NCBI GenBank assembly: GCA_007134525.1
Contig: SLKR01000019.1
Span: 1-63,010, forward strand
Length of the DNA stretch: 63,010 nt
Source of the DNA: Bacteroidales bacterium
GTDB taxonomy: Bacteria; Bacteroidota; Bacteroidia; Bacteroidales; UBA7960
Reading direction: 5' to 3'
Each line of letters begins with the position of its first letter. Position 1 is the stretch's first letter. Position numbers and translations under genes: made by a program. Under the pieces are notes generated by a model. That model was given only the letters and a program-made list of their open reading frames with translations. It had not been told where the DNA came from and searched no databases. This document shows, in pieces, positions 38,485-46,043 of the stretch.

Positions 38485-39939
38485 CTAGATCTCCTTGTCT
38501 GTATGTTTACCGTTTACCACTCTCATAATACCAAGCGGATTGCTGCTTTTAAGGGCTTCAGGCAGCAGTGCAGCAGGGGCCGACTGGAATGTTACAGGGC
38601 GCACGAATCTTTTTATTGCCCATGCGCCGACTGAAGTATTCCGGCTATCTGTTGTTGCCGGGAAAGGCCCTCCGTGCGTCATTGCATATGACACCTCGAC
38701 TCCCGTTGGTACTCCGTTGAATATCAGCCTGCCGCTTTTCTCTGAAAGCAGGGTGGCGAGCTCACGGCTTTCTTTCAGGTCGCTGTCATTGCCGATAAGG
38801 CTGCAGGTAAGCTGTCCCCTTAGTGCTTTGGCAGCTTTCAGAAGGTCATTCTGATCCTTGTACCTTACAACAAGGGTGAATGGACCGAATACCTCATTCT
38901 GAAGCTCGGGCCTGTCAAGCCAGTTTTCAAGGGATGTTACTCCTATGGTTGGAGCCCCGGTATATTCCGAACCGGTTTTTCTTACTATCTGATCAACTCC
39001 CTTTACTTTGAGCGTTGACTCCAGGGCATCGTAATATCCGCTTACTATACCTTTATGAAGCATTTTCTCCTCCCCGGCTTCATTGAAGGTCTTTGCCATA
39101 GCCTCAAGGAAGGTTTCGGTATTATCGGAATCCGGTACAAAAACCAGCCCCGGGCTGGTGCAGAATTGCCCTGCCCCCAGTAATACCGATTTTGCTATTA
39201 ATACGGCCTGCTCCCGGGCTTCCTCCTTAATTTTTCCGGGAAGTACGAACATCGGGTTTACACTACCCATTTCCAGAAAGACCGGTATTGGTTCCGGCCT
39301 GGCCATTGCAGTTTTGAATATAGCCATTCCGCCCTGAAAAGAACCTGTAAATGCCACTGCTTTGACTGAAGGGTGGCTTATCAGCTCCTGCCCGGTATCT
39401 GCCCCTCCTTCTACATGCTGGAACACTCCTTCCGGAAAACCCATGTCTTTTATAACACCGTATATGGCTTCAGCTACCATACCGGATGTTCTGGGATGCG
39501 CCGGGTGTCCTTTCAGGATAACCGGGCTGCCTGACGCAAGTGCCGATGCAGTGTCGCCACCGGCAGTTGAAAAGGCAAGGGGGAAGTTGGATGCACCGAA
39601 TACCACAACAGGCCCGTAGGGCACAAGCATCCTCCTGAGGTCAGGCCTCGGTATTGGTTCCCTGTCAGGAAGGGCTGTATCTATTACCGCCTCTACCCAG
39701 GAACCTTCGTCCAGTATGTCAGCGAACATGCGAAGCTGATTGCATGTCCGGGCCCTTTCACCTGCAAGCCTGCCTTCCGGAAGATTTGTCTCTTCGTTTA
39801 CAGTTTTTATTAGTGAGTCACCGAGCTTCTCAATCGCCGCAGCGATATCTCTCAGGAATTTTGCTTTTACGCCTGCAGGCAAGCTTGAATATTCCTCAAA
39901 GGCCTGCACTGAGCGTTTCATTATTGCTTCTGTTTTCAT
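38485..39939 (-). CDS. NAD(P)-dependent aldehyde dehydrogenase (candidate alpha-ketoglutaric semialdehyde dehydrogenase)
   Basis: The 484-aa ORF has the motifs FTGS, LEMGSVNP and catalytic Cys GAGQFCTSPG. Confidence 0.85.
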   Translation of the reverse strand: MKTEAIMKRSVQAFEEYSSLPAGVKAKFLRDIAAAIEKLGDSLIKTVNEETNLPEGRLAGERARTCNQLRMFADILDEGSWVEAVIDTALPDREPIPRPDLRRMLVPYGPVVVFGASNFPLAFSTAGGDTASALASGSPVILKGHPAHPRTSGMVAEAIYGVIKDMGFPEGVFQHVEGGADTGQELISHPSVKAVAFTGSFQGGMAIFKTAMARPEPIPVFLEMGSVNPMFVLPGKIKEEAREQAVLIAKSVLLGAGQFCTSPGLVFVPDSDNTETFLEAMAKTFNEAGEEKMLHKGIVSGYYDALESTLKVKGVDQIVRKTGSEYTGAPTIGVTSLENWLDRPELQNEVFGPFTLVVRYKDQNDLLKAAKALRGQLTCSLIGNDSDLKESRELATLLSEKSGRLIFNGVPTGVEVSYAMTHGGPFPATTDSRNTSVGAWAIKRFVRPVTFQSAPAALLPEALKSSNPLGIMRVVNGKHTDKEI

Positions 39940-39946
39940 AATTGAA

Positions 39947-40849
39947 TTATATTTTTGGTAATACCGGACGTGTCTTTAAGCCTTCCTCAATTACAGAAAT
40001 CACCCTTGCCCTCTCTTCTCCCGCAAGGGGCAGCCGTGGCTCCCTGACATGCTCTGTTCCGATTCCGGTCATCTGTTCAGCCATTTTGATGTATTGTATG
40101 AGTTTCGGGTGAATGTCAAGCTCGAGTATGGGCAGGAACCAGCGGTATATAGCGAGTGCTTCCTCTATCCTGCCTGCCTTTACAAGCCTGTAAAGCACAA
40201 CAGTCTCTTCGGGGAAGGCACACACCAGGCCTGCAACCCATCCGTGGGCGCCCATAACCAGGCTTTCCATTGCCAGTGTATCTACTCCGCAAAGTATTTT
40301 GATACGGTCGCCATAGCGGTTTATCATCCTTGTAACATTGCTGACATCCCTTGTTGACTCTTTCACTGCCTGAATATTATCGTATGCCAGCAGGTCGTCA
40401 AACATCTCCAGAGTTACTGTCAGCTTGTAGTCGACAGGGTTGTTGTAGATCATAACAGGCAGACTTGTTGCCTTTGCCAGCTCCGAGAAATATCTTACCG
40501 TTTCCCGGTGATCGCTTAGATACCGCATCGGCGGAAGAATCATGAAGCCGCTGACCCCGTCCTCTTCAGCCGCCCTGAGCCTTGCAAGTGCATCTTCGGT
40601 TGCACCCTCTGCAATGTTCATTATTACGGGCAGCTTACCCTCAAGGTGGCTGACTACCAATCTGGTCAGCTCCTGTTTTTCGCTTGCCTTTAAAACGCTT
40701 GCCTCCCCCAGGGTTCCTCCGAGTATTACACCATTGACACCCGCTTTTACCTGTGCATCCAGGTTTTTAAGGAATGTGTCATGGTCCGGGCTTCCGTCTG
40801 GATGAAACTTTGTTGTCAGTGCGGGAAATACCCCGTTCCAGTTTATCAT
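39947..40849 (-). CDS. DapA/DHDPS-family lyase (candidate pyrroline-4-hydroxy-2-carboxylate deaminase)
   Basis: The 300-aa ORF has the motifs GVILGGTLGE and AVKESTRD (Schiff-base Lys position). It is the first gene of the operon. Confidence 0.82.
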   Translation of the reverse strand: MINWNGVFPALTTKFHPDGSPDHDTFLKNLDAQVKAGVNGVILGGTLGEASVLKASEKQELTRLVVSHLEGKLPVIMNIAEGATEDALARLRAAEEDGVSGFMILPPMRYLSDHRETVRYFSELAKATSLPVMIYNNPVDYKLTVTLEMFDDLLAYDNIQAVKESTRDVSNVTRMINRYGDRIKILCGVDTLAMESLVMGAHGWVAGLVCAFPEETVVLYRLVKAGRIEEALAIYRWFLPILELDIHPKLIQYIKMAEQMTGIGTEHVREPRLPLAGEERARVISVIEEGLKTRPVLPKI

Positions 40850-40953
40850 TATCCGTTATTTTAATTTGTTTTGGGAAAGTAATAATTGGCAGGTTAACAA
40901 TACTGCAAAAACAATTGTTCAAGCGTTCGCCGGGAACTTTAAAGGGTAAATAA

Positions 40954-40980
40954 CAAAAAACCCCCTGATATACAGGGGGC
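40954..40980 (-). terminator. intrinsic terminator after tRNA-Leu
   Basis: A 7-bp stem pairs CCCCCTG (40961-40967) with CAGGGGG (40973-40979). On the minus strand it is followed by TTTTTTG. Confidence 0.65.
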
Positions 40981-40995
40981 TAATCTTGTTTCATG

Positions 40996-41079
40996 TACCC
41001 GGGGCCGGGATCGAACCGGCACGATATTGCTATCATTGGTGTTTGAGACCAACGCGTCTACCAATTCCGCCACCCGGGC
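40996..41079 (-). tRNA. tRNA-Leu (anticodon CAA), class II with long variable arm
   Basis: I folded the 84-nt sequence by hand. The acceptor is GCCCGGG/CCCGGGT (G1-U72) and the D arm is GCG-GAATTGGTAGA-CGC. The anticodon stem TTGGT/ACCAA carries the loop CTCAAAC. The variable arm is GATA-GCAA-TATC, the T arm is GCCGG-TTCGATC-CCGGC, and the discriminator is A. No CCA is encoded. Confidence 0.92.
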
Positions 41080-41102
41080 GTATTACTGGCTGTTTGCGTT
41101 TG

Positions 41103-41110
41103 CAAAGTTA
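41103..41110 (-). promoter_or_regulatory. -7 promoter box (TAACTTTG on the minus strand) for tRNA-Leu
   Basis: The plus-strand sequence CAAAGTTA lies 24 nt upstream of the mature 5' end. Confidence 0.45.
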
Positions 41111-41155
41111 ATTTTTTTCAGGGATACCGGCTAAATTTAGAATGAAAAAAACATG

Positions 41156-41163
41156 TACATTTG
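41156..41163 (+). promoter_or_regulatory. -7 promoter box TACATTTG for prs
   Basis: The sequence matches TAnnTTTG and lies 27 nt upstream of ATG 41190. Confidence 0.45.
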
Positions 41164-41189
41164 CCGTATAATAAGTAAAACACCCTGCG

Positions 41190-42134
41190 ATGTCCTCTGT
41201 AGTAAAGATTTTTTCCGGCTCCGCCTCCCGTGTACTCGCTGAAAGAATTGCGGAAAATTACGGCAAACCTTTAGGTAAGGAACTTATACAGTATTTTTCT
41301 GACGGTGAGTTCCAGCCCTCATTCGAAGAGACACTCAGGGGTAATGATGTGTTTATTATCCAGAGCACCATTCCCCCTTCAGATAACCTGATGGAGCTTC
41401 TGCTTATGATCGACGCCGCGAGGAGGGCTTCTGCAAAGCAGGTTGTGGCTGTGATCCCCTATTTTGGATTTGCCAGGCAGGACCGAAAGGACAAGCCAAG
41501 GGTCTCTATCGGAGCAAAACTTATTGCAAACCTTCTGATGGCTGCAGGAGTTAACCGTGTAATTACCATGGATCTTCATGCAGATCAGATACAGGGATTC
41601 TTTGATATTCCGGTTGATCACATGTATGCATCAGCTTTGTTCGTGCCCTATATAAAGAAGCAAAAACTTTCAAACCTGGTTGTTGGCTCACCTGATACAG
41701 GAGGTACAAGGCGAGCAGGAGCCTATGCAAAGTTTCTGAACAGCGAACTGGTAATCTGTTACAAGCAGAGGGTGAAGGCCAATGAAATTGAAAGGATGAC
41801 CCTCATAGGGGATGTTAAGGACAAGGATGTGGTTCTGGTTGATGACATAATAGATACTGCCGGGTCAATAACAAAGGCAGGAGCAATGATGATCGAAAAA
41901 GGCGCCAAAAGTGTAAGGGCGGTATGCACACATCCCGTATTCAGCGGTAAGGCATATGACAGGATAGAGAACAGTGTCTTCGAGGAGGTGATAGTTTCAG
42001 ACTCCATACCACTTAAGAAGAAGTGTTCCAAGGTAACTGTACTTACGGCATCAAAGCTTTTTGCTGATGTGATACAGAGGGTTCACAATCATGAATCGAT
42101 CAGCTCCCATTTTGAGTTTTCCACCATACTTTAG
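41190..42134 (+). CDS. prs: ribose-phosphate pyrophosphokinase
   Basis: The 314-aa ORF has the PRPP-binding loop VVLVDDIIDTAGS and the motif YFGFARQDRK. Confidence 0.96.
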   Translation: MSSVVKIFSGSASRVLAERIAENYGKPLGKELIQYFSDGEFQPSFEETLRGNDVFIIQSTIPPSDNLMELLLMIDAARRASAKQVVAVIPYFGFARQDRKDKPRVSIGAKLIANLLMAAGVNRVITMDLHADQIQGFFDIPVDHMYASALFVPYIKKQKLSNLVVGSPDTGGTRRAGAYAKFLNSELVICYKQRVKANEIERMTLIGDVKDKDVVLVDDIIDTAGSITKAGAMMIEKGAKSVRAVCTHPVFSGKAYDRIENSVFEEVIVSDSIPLKKKCSKVTVLTASKLFADVIQRVHNHESISSHFEFSTIL

Positions 42135-42176
42135 GGTGCCTGGATTCTCTCCTGCATGAAATTAAAAACAAAAGCT

Positions 42177-42184
42177 TATCTTTG
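42177..42184 (+). promoter_or_regulatory. -7 promoter box TATCTTTG for rplY
   Basis: The sequence matches TAnnTTTG and lies 64 nt upstream of ATG 42248. Confidence 0.45.
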
Positions 42185-42247
42185 CAGGCTGTTTTGGATG
42201 GGTAATATTTAATCCGTTCATTTTCAAATAATTTAAACAAAGTAAAA

Positions 42248-42898
42248 ATGAAAAAAGTATCTGTGAGCGGTTCTCCACGCGAGAACGTAGGGAAAAAAGA
42301 TGCAAGAAGACTGCGCAGGGAAGGTTTTGTGCCATGTGTGGTTTACGGAGGCAAGGAACAAATACAGTTCTATACATCCGAGAAGAGCTTCAAGAATATT
42401 GTATACACACCGGAAGCCTGTCTGGTAGAACTTGATATCAATGGTAAAAAGAAAGATGCTGTGCTGCAGGACATACAGTTTCATCCTGTAACCGAGAGAA
42501 TACTGCATGTTGACTTTCTGGAGATCTTTCCGGATAAGCCTGTTAAGATGTCAGTTCCGATCAGGGTAGTTGGCGACAGCCCGGGTGTGATTGCAGGTGG
42601 AAAGCTACTTGTAAAACGCCGCCGGCTGGAAGTTTTGGCATTACCCGGTGATCTTCCGGCGGAGGTGGAGATAGATATCTCAGCCCTCGAGATAGGAGAT
42701 TCAGTAATGGTCAGGGAAATCTCCCTTGAAAACATCAGCCTGGCTGATCCTGAAAATGACGTAATAGTAATTGTCAAGTCGGCCAGGGCGGCAATGATGG
42801 CACCTGTTGACCTTGAAGAGGAAGAAGGAGAAGAGGGCGAGGAAACTGAAGGTGAAGGCGAAGAAGGAGAAGGCACAGAAGAAGCAAAAGAGGAGTAA
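42248..42898 (+). CDS. rplY: 50S ribosomal protein L25/general stress protein Ctc with acidic tail
   Basis: The 216-aa ORF has an L25 N-domain (RRLRREGFVPCVVYG), a Ctc C-domain and an E/G-rich C-terminal tail. Confidence 0.92.
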   Translation: MKKVSVSGSPRENVGKKDARRLRREGFVPCVVYGGKEQIQFYTSEKSFKNIVYTPEACLVELDINGKKKDAVLQDIQFHPVTERILHVDFLEIFPDKPVKMSVPIRVVGDSPGVIAGGKLLVKRRRLEVLALPGDLPAEVEIDISALEIGDSVMVREISLENISLADPENDVIVIVKSARAAMMAPVDLEEEEGEEGEETEGEGEEGEGTEEAKEE

Positions 42899-42951
42899 CG
42901 GACATATGTCCAGGCTTTTTGAACTTAAATAAGCCGAATAATTTTTCAGCT

Positions 42952-42995
42952 AAAGGCATAAGGTCATCTTTGCGGCTTTATGCCTTTATTTTTAA
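42952..42995 (+). terminator. intrinsic terminator after rplY
   Basis: A 10-bp stem pairs AAAGGCATAA (42952-42961) with TTATGCCTTT (42978-42987) and is followed by ATTTTTAA. Confidence 0.6.
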
Positions 42996-43019
42996 CTTGC
43001 AGAATAAAACAGCCGGAAA

Positions 43020-43592
43020 ATGAAATACCTGGTTGCAGGGCTTGGAAATATAGGCCCTGAATATTCAGAAACACGCCATAATATTGGTTTTATGGTAGTT
43101 GACCGGCTTGCGGCTAAGCAAGACGTATCATTCAGCCCGGCGCGGTATGGAGATCTGACTGAATTCCGTCACAAGGGAAGGATTTTTAAACTGCTTAAGC
43201 CCTCCACATATATGAACCGGAGCGGCCGCCCGGTTCTTTACTGGCTTAACAAGGAGAAACTTGGTCTTGAAAACCTGCTTGTGGTTGCGGATGATGTTGC
43301 CCTTCCCATTGGTTACCTCAGGATGAGGGGAAGCGGGGGAGCCGGCGGCCACAACGGCCTTTCGGATATTATAAGTTATGTTGGCAGCAACCAGTTTGCC
43401 AGGCTGCGCTTCGGGATAGGAAATGATTATCCTGCCGGCTTCCAGTCGCAATATGTGCTTGGTAAATGGACCGGAGAGGAAAAGCAGATTATAGGCCCGT
43501 CAGTGGAAACCGCATGCGAAATGGTATTGAGTTTTGGACTGCAGGGTGTGGAACGCACCATGAACCAATATAACCGCCGTCCTGATCAATAA
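43020..43592 (+). CDS. pth: peptidyl-tRNA hydrolase
   Basis: The 190-aa ORF has the motifs LVAGLGNIGPEY..TRHNIGF and GHNGL. Confidence 0.95.
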   Translation: MKYLVAGLGNIGPEYSETRHNIGFMVVDRLAAKQDVSFSPARYGDLTEFRHKGRIFKLLKPSTYMNRSGRPVLYWLNKEKLGLENLLVVADDVALPIGYLRMRGSGGAGGHNGLSDIISYVGSNQFARLRFGIGNDYPAGFQSQYVLGKWTGEEKQIIGPSVETACEMVLSFGLQGVERTMNQYNRRPDQ

Positions 43593-43605
43593 TCTTTATG
43601 GAGAC

Positions 43606-44271
43606 TCAAAGGACATCCTTTATAAACTTCTGGTCACGGTCTCTTCCTTCATTATACATCCTAATCCACTCTATAAGACCGAATACTGCCAGTATCAGGA
43701 AAACGGTGAACTGAAAACTTGTAAAAACAAGGCCTTTAACAAAATAGAGCGGCACTGATATAATATTGCCTGCTATCCAGTAAATCCAGTTCTCTATCTT
43801 TTTACGGGCCATATACCACATGCCTATAAGGAATATTGATGTGGTAAATGAATCGACGTAAGGAATATAAGACTGCATATATTCCGTATCGTCGCTTTTG
43901 AAAATATAAATCAGTGCAAAGATAATCACATATAGTATCGGGATCATTGCAATGCCTGCGGCCTGCTGTCTTTTAGTATTCCACCTGATCGGCCTTAGCC
44001 TTTTCTTATCGTCCCTTCGCGTCCACACATACCAGCCGTAAATGCTCATGCTGGTATAGAATATGTTTATTCCCATATCCGCATACAGCTGGATATTGAA
44101 ACAGATATATATATAAACTGTAGTGCTTATGATACCCGTTGGATAGACCAGAAGATTGGCCTGCCGGGCGAACCATACGCTGAGTATTCCGAACAGCACG
44201 GCCAGGAGCTCCAGCCAGGTGGTTGCCATCAGGTTTTCATAAAACAATTGGAAAAAACCGTTTTCCAGCAT
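43606..44271 (-). CDS. pnuC: nicotinamide riboside transporter PnuC
   Basis: The 221-aa ORF has 7-8 helices and Trp-rich motifs (SVWFARQANLLVYPTGI, IYGWYVW). Its size and pattern match PnuC. Confidence 0.82.
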   Translation of the reverse strand: MLENGFFQLFYENLMATTWLELLAVLFGILSVWFARQANLLVYPTGIISTTVYIYICFNIQLYADMGINIFYTSMSIYGWYVWTRRDDKKRLRPIRWNTKRQQAAGIAMIPILYVIIFALIYIFKSDDTEYMQSYIPYVDSFTTSIFLIGMWYMARKKIENWIYWIAGNIISVPLYFVKGLVFTSFQFTVFLILAVFGLIEWIRMYNEGRDRDQKFIKDVL

Positions 44272-44274
44272 TTC

Positions 44275-45510
44275 TTACATATTTCCGGCAACCATTTCCA
44301 CCTCGCGGAAAACTCTTATGAAGTTACCTGACCAAATCTTCTCTATTTCTTCCTTTGTATATCCCCTTCGTACCAGTTCCAGAGTAATATTTCCAAGCTC
44401 TGAAACATCATAGCAGTCCTCCAGTGCCCCTCCGCCGTCAAAATCGGTGCCAATGCCCACGTGGTCAATACCGACCAGCTCAACGACATGGTCGACGTGG
44501 TCTGCAAGATCTGCAACAGTCGCCATGGGTGCGGGATACTTTCTGTTAAGGTCCTGCCACTCCTGGCGGGCCTGATCCATCTCTTCGTCTGTAAGGTCCT
44601 GGAAGTTATCCCATTTATCCCTCAGCTTTGAAAAGGCTTCCTCCCTGTCGGGGTCCTGCTCCATCTCCTTAACGTAGGCACTGAGTACACATAGCTGAAG
44701 TACACCACCATTTTCGGCAAGGGCAGTTATCATATGGTCGTCCAGGTTGCGCGGATGGTCACATATTGCTCTGGCGTTTGAATGCGAAGCGATAACCGGA
44801 GCCTGAGACACTTCAATTACGTCGTAGAAGGCTTCGTCAGATATATGGCTTACATCAACAATCATACCTATACGGTTCAGCTCCCTTACAACATTGGCTC
44901 CAAATTCTGACAGCCCGCCGTGGAGGGGAGGTTCGGAATCCGTAGAGGCATCACACACCTGGTTGTGCCTGGAATGAGACAGCCCCATATAGCGGCTCCC
45001 TCTTTCATAGTACTCTTTTATCAAACCAAGGTCTTCTCCGATCGGGTAAGCATTCTCATTTCCAATATAAATTGCAAAACGGCCTTCATCCCTTAGCCTG
45101 TATGCGTCATCTGCGTTCAGGGCAAGTCCTGCAACATCCTGATGTTTTTCAAGGGTCGAATGGATGGTTTCAAAGATATCCAGGGCCCTGTTGTGATTTT
45201 GTTCATAAGCTTCGGGTGTAAGAGGTCCCTGCCCCAGAAAAACCGCAAAAAATGCAGCATCCAGGCCACCTTCCTCCATTCTCGGGAAATCTAGTTTACC
45301 CCCGCCGTCGTGCGGGTCATTGCGCCTGCCAATGTCAAAACCTTCTCGCCTTAGCATAAGCGGAGTGTCAACATGCGAGTCTAAAGTGAGAACTTCTGAG
45401 TGGATTTCGGCGGCTTTCCTTTCAGTCCTGTCTTCTGTAGATGCACATGATGCCAGGATAATAAAAGCCAGTAACAGCGGATAAGTTTTTGGGAGATATT
45501 TAAAACTCAT
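44275..45510 (-). CDS. membrane dipeptidase (peptidase M19) lipoprotein
   Basis: I trimmed the ORF 44275-45543 to ATG 45510, which gives MSFKYLPKTYPLLLAFIILASC with a lipobox. The M19 motifs are DSHVDTP, VDVSH, ASHSNARA and GTDFDGGG. Confidence 0.88.
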   Translation of the reverse strand: MSFKYLPKTYPLLLAFIILASCASTEDRTERKAAEIHSEVLTLDSHVDTPLMLRREGFDIGRRNDPHDGGGKLDFPRMEEGGLDAAFFAVFLGQGPLTPEAYEQNHNRALDIFETIHSTLEKHQDVAGLALNADDAYRLRDEGRFAIYIGNENAYPIGEDLGLIKEYYERGSRYMGLSHSRHNQVCDASTDSEPPLHGGLSEFGANVVRELNRIGMIVDVSHISDEAFYDVIEVSQAPVIASHSNARAICDHPRNLDDHMITALAENGGVLQLCVLSAYVKEMEQDPDREEAFSKLRDKWDNFQDLTDEEMDQARQEWQDLNRKYPAPMATVADLADHVDHVVELVGIDHVGIGTDFDGGGALEDCYDVSELGNITLELVRRGYTKEEIEKIWSGNFIRVFREVEMVAGNM

Positions 45511-45540
45511 TGCACGTTGTGTTGATTTATAATATTGCCG

Positions 45541-45548
45541 CAAATGTA
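45541..45548 (-). promoter_or_regulatory. -7 promoter box (TACATTTG on the minus strand) for the dipeptidase-pnuC unit
   Basis: The plus-strand sequence CAAATGTA overlaps the upstream ATG (45543), which favours the ATG 45510 start. Confidence 0.45.
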
Positions 45549-45610
45549 GTTTATTTTTTGCATATCGTTATGGTGGCTGCTTTTGCTGTTAAGCCAATTA
45601 AAATTTCTTG

Positions 45611-45618
45611 TAAATTTG
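45611..45618 (+). promoter_or_regulatory. -7 promoter box TAAATTTG at the head of the 0.5-kb region preceding the TonB-dependent receptor
   Basis: The sequence matches TAnnTTTG. It lies 7 nt upstream of TTG 45626 and 425 nt upstream of ATG 46044. Confidence 0.4.
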
Positions 45619-45625
45619 CATATAA

Positions 45626-45970
45626 TTGGCAGATAAAGGAAAACATATAAAACTCTCTGCAACGGTACTGTTTCTGTTGTTTTCAACATATCTTGTACCC
45701 GAGCACTACCTCAAGGGGCTTCACCCCCATGAGCATCCAGCCACTTGTTCACATAATTGTTCCTCAGGCTATAATACTATAGGGGCCTATCATGACGACT
45801 GTGACCAGGAGAAAGATTATTTCTTCTCCCCGCTGCCGGATATCTCGGAAGTCAGGTCATCATCATTCCTGATTGGTGTTTTTATACTGCCTGCAGATCT
45901 GGGTCACCAGCCTCTGCCGGAACTTTCTTTGCCTCCAAGATCTCCCCCCGGAGGAACTTCGCATTCATAA
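45626..45970 (+). CDS. questionable small membrane ORF, His/Cys-rich
   Basis: The 114-codon ORF has a TTG start immediately after an in-frame TAA. It has a basic N-terminus plus a hydrophobic helix (KLSATVLFLLFSTYLV), followed by HPHEHPATCSHNC...YHDDCD. There is no internal Met and no family that I recognise. Confidence 0.3.
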   Translation: MADKGKHIKLSATVLFLLFSTYLVPEHYLKGLHPHEHPATCSHNCSSGYNTIGAYHDDCDQEKDYFFSPLPDISEVRSSSFLIGVFILPADLGHQPLPELSLPPRSPPGGTSHS

Positions 45971-46043
45971 CCTGCCTGTTTCAGTGCATTCTTAAATCTT
46001 CATTTAGCTGGTAAATGATTACCTGCAATATTTTGTTTTTATT

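Noticed and set aside
45619-46043. A cobalamin or other riboswitch might lie in the long leader of the TonB-dependent receptor.
   Set aside because: Only scattered short resemblances are present (GCAACGGTA, AGTCAGG, ACCTGCC). They are in the wrong order and spacing for a B12 element, and no B12 box or other riboswitch core was recognisable by eye. The region is left as an open question pending a covariance-model scan.
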